From Chrysochromulina tobinii (taxonomy: Eukaryota), in the NCBI GenBank assembly GCA_001275005.1, contig JWZX01002366.1:1-35408 (forward strand): DNA of 35,408 bases, written 5' to 3'. The position numbers and the translations under genes are program-made. This document shows, piece after piece, positions 28,363-35,408 of the stretch. The notes under the pieces were generated by a model. It did not search any database, was not told the DNA's origin, and worked only from the letters and a program-made list of their open reading frames with translations. How positions within the stretch are numbered: position 1 is the stretch's first letter; every line of letters begins with the position of its first letter.

Positions 28363-28798
28363 GGTTGATGCGGCCGTTGTCCCCGGTAGGAATCTCCTCT
28401 CGGCCGTCTGCGAGGCCCGTGGCGTTTCTTCTTGAAGTCCACAGTTTCGTGCTTTCGTCGCGGTCCTTCCGCGCTCAAGGGCGCAACACACGTCTCAAGT
28501 GACGGCTCCGCTCCCCTCGGTCAACACAAGTACTGAGTCCTAGTACTCGCTCGCTCGGGCTACTCAATTTCGCAAAAGTTTCAATCTCCGATTTTCGCCA
28601 CGGCCGGCGCCGTTCCGGCTTCCGGCTTCCTAGATAAACTGAGGCTAGCGAGTAGCGTCATGGGCTAGCGTGCAGCGAGATCAGTCGAGAACCGAAGATC
28701 GTAACATGCGACGTAGCGACGAGAACATGGACGAAAGAACTGCCATGTTACTGCGGCTGCTGTATTATTACTCTCTGAGAACTCTCTCGGTCTTCTCA

Positions 28799-29499
28799 CT
28801 AACAGAAGGCAAGGCCCGCATCGAGCAGCTGCAGCCGCAGCAGCACCTGGTGCGCCGAGTCGGACTGCGCGGGCGGGTTCTCCTTCGATTCCTTTTCCTT
28901 ATCGGCCTTCTCCTTGTCGGCCCTCTCCTTCTCCGCGGCCGCTGCCGCGGCGCCCTTGCTCTTCTTGTCGGCGCCGCCTGCGTCCAGCTTGCGAAGCTCC
29001 TTCTCGAGCTTGACCTTCGTGTCCTCGAGCCCCCCATCGGCGAGCCACCAGCGCCGGAAGCCCTTGCGGAACGCCGTCTTGGGCAGCGCCTTGGCGTACT
29101 GCAGCAGCAGCTCGCCGAGCGAGCCCGCATCCTCACAAGTCGACAGGAGGTCGGCCCACCGTCGGCGGCACTCGTCGGCGCCGGGTCGAACTGACGAGTG
29201 CGACACATCGTCCGCGGCCGTGCCGACGCGAGCATCCTCGGGTGGCGGTGCGGGCAGCGCCGCGAATAAGTCGAGCATCTCGAGCTGCAGACGCTCGATG
29301 AGCGTCGCAGGGCGCACGGGCACTCCGCGCTCGATCTCGGCCTCGATCTCGTCCTCGGAGCGGCCGATGGCCCCGAGGCACATGCGTCGGTGTGCTTCGC
29401 GCCTGTCCTTGCCCCAAGAGACGCGGAGGGCGCGCGCCGCGTAGCTCTGCCGGCCGGCGTACGTCCAGCGCTGTGCCGTTGGATCGCCATTCTCATCGA

Positions 29500-29536
<37 letters not shown>

Positions 29537-32500
29537 CTCCCCCTCCGCCTCGTCGTCGGCGCCGCCCTGCGCACCCGTCGCGCCGTCCTCGACCTTGCTT
29601 GCCGCGCGGCTCGCCCCCGTGCTTGCCGCCTCCACCAGCGCCTCCGCCTCGGCCGCCTCGGCCGCTTCCCGGATGGCCGCTTGCGCCTGTTCCGCCGCCG
29701 TCATCGCCTCCTTGATGTGGGGCGCCGTCTCGAGCAGCGCGCGCGCGAGCTTGTGCTCGCGCTCGCCTGCGGGCCTGAGCGACTCGATGAGCGCCTGCAG
29801 CTCCTCCGCGCTGCCCACCAGCCGCCACTCCTCCATGTCCTCCAGAGGCCGGCCGCGCGCCGTCTTGCCCGCCGGCTTGCGGATGCGCACGAGCAGGCGC
29901 GCCTGGTCGGAGAGGCATGAGGGCTCGAGCTTTCCGGGCTCGGCTGGCATGTCCGCGAGCAGCAGCCCACCCAGTAGATAGTACTCGCGAAAGTCGCGAT
30001 CGAAGCCGAGCGGCTCCGAGCGGAAGCGCCCGATACGGCGCTGGAGCACCGCGAACGAGTCGTCCAGCCGCTTGCGCAGCTCGTCCTTGCGCAGCCGCAT
30101 GTTGTCGAGGTCGCCACGCCGCACGGAAGGGTTCTTGCTCGAAGGCATGTGAGGCTCGCGACGAGGCTTACCAGCCACGCTGCGCCCGCGCCCGCGCCCG
30201 CGCCCACGCCCGCGCCCGCGCCCGTCGCCATCGGCGCCATCAGCGCCGTCGGTGCCCTCCGCGCCTTCCACGCGATCAGCGCCATCAGCGCCGTCAGCGC
30301 CGTCGGCGCCAGTCTCGTGAATCGCGTCGTGCTCAGCGTCGTGCAAGCCATTGGCCGAGCCGATGGTGTTTCGCGGGGATATGAGCGGGTCGACGGCGGG
30401 GATCTGGAGCGGGCCAACGCCATCGCCTTCGGCACTCGTGGCGCTCTTCTGCGCCATGGAGGGTGCCCCGACGGCCGCGCTGCCGTCGACCTCCATCTTG
30501 ACGCCAACTTCCGACTGCAGCACGCTCTCGTCGCCCTCGTCGCCCTCGTCGCCCTCGTCGCCCTCGTCGCCCTCCTCCTCACCGTCGCCTTCTTCGCCCG
30601 CACCTGCCTCCTCCCCAGCCTCGCCACCGCCCTCATCGAGGTCGTCCTCGTCCTCACCCTCGCCGCCGCCCTCGTCGCCCTCGCCGTCGCCCTTGCCCGC
30701 CTCACCTTCGCCCTCCTCGCCCTCGCCGCCCTCCTCGTCGCGCCGACGCTTGCTGCGCTCGAGTCGCTCACGTTCGGTGCGGTCATGCGAGAGGCGCGAG
30801 GGACGGCTGATGTTATACTTGGCCGCGAGCTTCGCCTGCTCTTCGCTCTCGATCAGAGCGTTGCGCACCTTGTACTCGTGCCGCTTGAGGTCCTGCAACT
30901 TTTCCGAGGCGCGGCCCGTCGACTCAAAGAATTTGGCCGCGAGCGAGGTCTCCATGAGCAGGTGCGCGAGGCACTCGAGGATCGCACATCGCATCGGCAG
31001 CGGCAGGTCATCGTACTCGACCGTACCGCCGAGCGCGTCGGCGACGGCCGCCCAGTCGCCCGTGCTGATCGTCCCCGTCTCTTCCTCCTCACCGCCGCCC
31101 TCGCCGCCCTCGCCGCCCTCGACGTCGCCCTCATCGTCTGCGCCGCCCTCCGCGCCGCCCACGCCGCTCGCGCCCGGCCTCGAGGGGCCCGACGTGCCCG
31201 CAGACCAGACAGAGACAGAATGGCCGCCCCCGAGCGCGGCGGCGGCCGCGGTCGCCGCGGCCGCGTTGCCCCAGCCCTGCGCGAGCATCGCGTTGATCGC
31301 GACCGAGCGCTTCTTTGGCGCGTGCGCCACGGCGCGTGCGAGCAGCACCATGCGCAGCAGCTCGGGCCACGTGCTCGCGTTGAACGGGCAGCCGGGCAGC
31401 AGCCGCACAGTCGCCTCGGACAGGGAGGCGCAAAAGCCCGCCCCTGCACTGACGGAGCTCGGCGTGAGCAGGTCCGCCCAGAGGAGCTGCGTCGAAAGCA
31501 CGTGAATGGCGAAGAGCAGCTCGGCCTGCGGCGCCTCGGACACTCGTGCCGTCTCGGGCGCGCCCTCGGGCGCGAGCATCGCCTCCCAAGCGGCAAAGTC
31601 GGCGCCCTGGATCTTCTTGAGCATCTGGCGTAGGGGATGCGATCGGTCCCAATACTCCTCGACGAGCAGCGCCTTGCGCAGCTTCTTACCGCGCCCCTGC
31701 GGGCGCGCCGGCTTGGCGCAGCGCGTCTGCTCCACGAGAGGAGGCGGCGGGCAGAGGAGGACGTGCTCCGCATGCCCCTCGATGAGCTCGTCGCCCTTCA
31801 CCTCGAGCAGCGTCGCCTTGGGCACGATCGCCGTGTAAAAGTAGCGGATGAAGTCGTACGCCGCCAGCGCGCCCGCGACTGTCGGCGGCGGCAGACGGCT
31901 AGCCGGTCGATCGGGCACCGCCACCTGTGCCGCGCCCACGTCACAATCCTCAACGAGCGCGTCGTCGACCAGGTCGGGCTTGCGCGGCACCGCCGCCGCC
32001 GAGAGCTGCTGGCAGAAGCGCCGGTGGCCTCCGAGCGCACCCATCGAGCCGAACGAACGCTGGCACGAGTCGCACAGGAAGTTGCCCTGCTCGTCGCGCA
32101 GCGGCGCGGCTGTGTGGCCGGCGCGGAAGCGCGCCGAACACGCTGAGCAGAGCGTCTTTGGCCCCTCGGGGCCCGGGCCCTTGCCCGCGCACTGGTCGAC
32201 ACGGCACTCGCACCACTGGCAGCGCCACTCGCCCTTGTCGCAAAAGCGCCGGTGCCCACCGAGCGCCCCGATCGTGTCGAACTGGCGTGTGCAGCTCTCG
32301 CACACGAACTTGCCCTCGGCGTTGGTGACAGGCGCGGCGGCCGCTGCGCCGTGCTTCTTGAACCGCACCGAGCACGCATGGCAGAGCGTCTTCGCGCCAT
32401 CTGGCCCGCCGCCTGTCTTGCCCGCACAGTCCTCCAGGGTGCAGTCACACCAACCGCACCGCCACGCGCCGCGCTCGCCGTCGCAGAAGCGACGGTGCGC

Positions 32501-33941
32501 GCCGAGCGCAGCGAGCTTGTCGAAACCCTTTTCGCACCGCTCGCACACGTACAGGCCGTGCTCGTTCGGCTCGGGGGGGCCTGTTTGCCCCTCCTTGAAC
32601 CGACCCGAGCATGCGCAGCACAGCGTCTTCGGCCCCTTGGGGCCGGGCCCTTTGCCTGCGGCCACGTCCGCCTTGACCTCACACCAGCCGCAACGCCAGG
32701 AGCCGTGCTCGCAGAAGCGCCGGTGGCCACCGAGCGCGCCGATGGTGTCGAAGGGGCGCTTGCAGTCGGGGCACACGAACTTGCCTTCCTCGTCCTTGAT
32801 GGGCATCGACGTGTGCCCGGCGCGAAAGCGCGAGCCGCACGCATTGCACAGCGACTTGGCGCCGTTGGGGCCGTTGGCCTTGGAGGGCGTGTCGATCTCC
32901 TTGCATGCGCACCAGTCGCACTGCCACTTGCCGCCGGTGCAGTGGCGCAGGTGCTGTGCCATGAGCTCGAGCGATGCAAGCCCCTGCTGGCACGTCGGGC
33001 ACGGGTAGCTGCCGTCCTCGGAGGGCTCGATAGCTTTGGCGATCGCCATCGCCGACGCCGTCGTGAGCTTGCCGCTCCCGCCGCCCTCTTTCGCGCTCGA
33101 GCTGCGCGAGCGCTTGGCCGCTGGCGGCTTCGGCGCCGCCGTGCTGCCGTCGGCCGCCTCGGTGCTGCCATCGGCCGGCGTGCCGCCCTCGCCCTCGGCC
33201 GCCGCGGCCGCCTCGGCCGCCGGCGCGGCGGCGGCCTTGCGCTTGACTGGCTTCTTCGGCGCCTTGCCGGGCACTCGAGGCTGCTGCTGCTGCTCCGGCG
33301 GTGGCGGCATCGGCTGCTGCTGCTGCTGCTGCTGCTGCTCCTTCTGCGGCTGCGGCTGCTGCTGCTGCTGGTAATCCTGCTGGTACTGCTGCTGGTACTG
33401 CTGCTGGTACTGCTGCTGCTGCGGCTGCAGCGGCGGCTGCGGCGGCGGCTGCTGGTACGCCACCTGGCCACCCGCCATTGCATGCAGCTGCGGATGCAGC
33501 TGCGGATGCAGCTGCGGATGCAGCTGCGGGTATGACTGCGGCGCCGGCGCGCCAGGAGGGCGCAGCACGGACGCGGCTGGGGCGCCAGCAGCGGCCACAG
33601 ACGACAGTAGGCCCAGAGGACGCGACTGTAGCACCGTCGGCGGACCGATGGGGCTGGCGTTTGCGCTCGTCTGGTGGGTCAGAATCGTAGGCGGCTTGTG
33701 CGCGGCGGCGGCGGCCTGTGCGGCCGCGGCGGCCTGGTGCGCCGCCGCAAGCGCCGCGTGCTGGGCCGACTGCGCTGTGAAGTTCACAGCGCCGTGCTGG
33801 GCCGTCTGTGCTGCCGCGATGTGCTGGCCAGGCCAGGCAGGAACGGGCGGCGGCGCAACCTGGTAGACCCCTGTGACCTGCGCGAGCGGCGCTCCTGAGG
33901 GCGGCTGCGGCTGCCCCAGTGGCCGGTGCGATGCCTTCTGC

Positions 33942-34034
<93 letters not shown>

Positions 34035-34531
34035 GGCTGCGGCTGCGGCTGCTGGTGCTGGTGCTGGTGCTGGTGCTGGTGCTGCTGGTGCGCCCGCACC
34101 TGGGCTTGCGCCTGCGCAGCAGCTGCTGTGGCTGCGGCCGCAGCAGCGGCGGCAGCGGCTGCAGCGGTTGGCAGGAGCGGGACGCGCGTGCTGGGCGGCG
34201 TTGCATGCGAGGGCGCAAGCACCTGCAGCGCTCCAGGCGCTGCGGCCGTCGGCGCGCTCGCAGGCACTCCAGCTGCTGCAGTGCCTGGGAGGATTTGGGC
34301 GAGCGGCGCGCAGGAGCTGGTTGCACTGCTGCTGCTCTGGCTGTTGGTCGCGAGGGACATGCTCGCGGCGGCCTGCGTGGGAAGCATCGACACCCCGGGC
34401 GCGACTGCGGCTTGTGGCGGCGGACCAGGTTGGGTGGGGGGGAGGGGTGGCGCGGCAGCAACTGCCTCCAACATCGCGCCAGTCCGCTTCTCTTCTGCTG
34501 AGCCTGTGCCTGGAGGCTGTGGCTCTGACAT
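28799..34531 (-). CDS. Large chromatin protein: polyQ/low-complexity N-terminus, alternating C2HC and GATA-like zinc fingers, DDT, WHIM1 and WSD/WHIM2-3 motifs (putative ISWI-complex subunit)
   Basis: Single ~1910-aa ORF from ATG 34531. DDT-like 'ALAAYDFIRYF...LLFAIHVLSTQLL...TWPELLR', WHIM1-like 'EYDDLPLPMRCAILECLAHLL', WSD-like 'RSEPLGFDRDFREYYLL' and WHIM3-like 'EELQALIESLRPAGEREHKLARAL'. Confidence 0.8.
33944..34033. repeat. Pure (CAG)30 coding microsatellite (polyglutamine), flanked by QP and QH hexamer repeats
   Basis: Uninterrupted CTG run on the + strand at 33944-34033. Further CAG-rich tracts lie at ~33280-33530. Confidence 0.95.
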
Positions 34532-35206
34532 TGCCGTGCGCCGCTCGCGGATGCGTCGGATCCGTGCGTCCGAGCGGTGCGATCGGGCGGGCGCAAAGGC
34601 GGGCGCACAAGAACTTTCACTTTGCACGGTTCGTGCCTGCGCCTCGGTCGAAGGCTCCGCAGTAAGAACATCGAGCGCTCTTTGGTGAGTACTCTTGTTT
34701 GCTGACCTTACTCGTGTGAGCCCCCAATTTGACGTTGACTAAACTTGATCACATGAAGGGAACGGTCCAAGAATCAAGATGCGGCACTACGGCCACGCCC
34801 TGCTCCTCGATTCATTCGCCGCATTACTGTCCACTCCCAGCGGTGCCAATAGAGCGGTGCTTCGGCAGCCCAATTGCGGCAGCCGACGTGTGCGTCAGCT
34901 ACATGTACTCACACGCAATGACGCACAGCAATGGCCGCGCTGACGAGGCCCATCTCGCTCGAGCGCTTAAACTCCGCACTTTGTGCACCGTGGGTGCTGG
35001 GTGAAACTTTGCTTTTCATGTTTCATGCTTTCATCTTGCAATCCGCACGTCTGTTTGCAAAGGTTCATGCGAAACTGGTCCAACGAAAAAGTCAAATTTA
35101 TGTTGCGAGGGACGCCCCGAAACGGGAGTGCTTTCACACTCAACGCTTTACCGCGTTCGCGGCACAACTGCAGGAGGGAGCGCATTGCCGGAGCGCTTAA
35201 AACCCA

Positions 35207-35408
35207 ATGAGTGACGAAGAAGAGCCCGAGGAGGAGTCTGAGGAAGAGGAGGAGGAAGAGTCTGAGGAATCCGAAGAGGAAGAGGAAAGTGGCAGCAGCA
35301 GCGGCTCCGCCAAGAGTTCCGGAGACGACTCGTCCTCGGAAGAAGAGTCGTCCTCTGAAGAGGAGTCGTCCTCGGAGGAGGAGGAGCCGAAGAAGCGCAG
35401 AAAGAAAA
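35207..35408 (+). CDS. Partial acidic Ser/Glu-rich protein with a basic NLS-like motif (truncated at window edge)
   Basis: The frame is open from ATG 35207: MSDEEEPEEESEEEEEEESEESEEEEESGSSSGSAKSSGDDSSSEEESSSEEESSSEEEEPKKRRKK... Upstream exons cannot be excluded. Confidence 0.55.
   Translation, partial: MSDEEEPEEESEEEEEEESEESEEEEESGSSSGSAKSSGDDSSSEEESSSEEESSSEEEEPKKRRKK

Noticed and set aside
28525..28565. Recurring AGTACT/TACTC words in intergenic regions (also ~12121, ~34687)
   Set aside because: Too short and too few to distinguish from chance.
34931..35210. Short ORFs upstream of the terminal acidic ORF as extra exons
   Set aside because: In-frame stops (TAA 35198, TGA 35208) and no unambiguous splice pair, so this cannot be supported from sequence alone.

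Overview
This is a gene-dense, GC-rich, almost intron-free eukaryotic window, probably from a flagellated alga with a complex plastid. That assignment (haptophyte-like) is inferred from a CFAP53-type ciliary gene and an iota carbonic anhydrase with a bipartite-looking leader. In order, the recognisable genes are: CFAP53-like (+), a Sec12/PREB-like WD40 GEF with an unusual ~430 aa N-terminal extension (-), a multidomain chimeric gene at 5888-9347 (+), VAC14 (+), a Nup1/Nup153-like FG nucleoporin (-), UBA3 (+), a small Cys-rich two-exon gene (-), a three-domain iota carbonic anhydrase (-), an ABCB half-transporter (+), a BET1-like SNARE (-), an orphan ORF (-), a TPR + RPAP3_C co-chaperone (-), a large polyQ/zinc-finger/DDT-WHIM chromatin protein (-), and the start of an acidic protein at the right edge. 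The most striking locus is 5888-9347. It carries an in-frame, ~98% identical inverted copy of the neighbouring nucleoporin's C-terminal FG/basic tail, followed by a RING-HC finger, two SH3-like modules, an Stc1-like C4 finger, coiled coils and a C-terminal HicA-like putative RNase module. Three apparent 1-nt frameshifts in the window may be assembly errors. All family assignments come from motif recognition by eye, not database searches.
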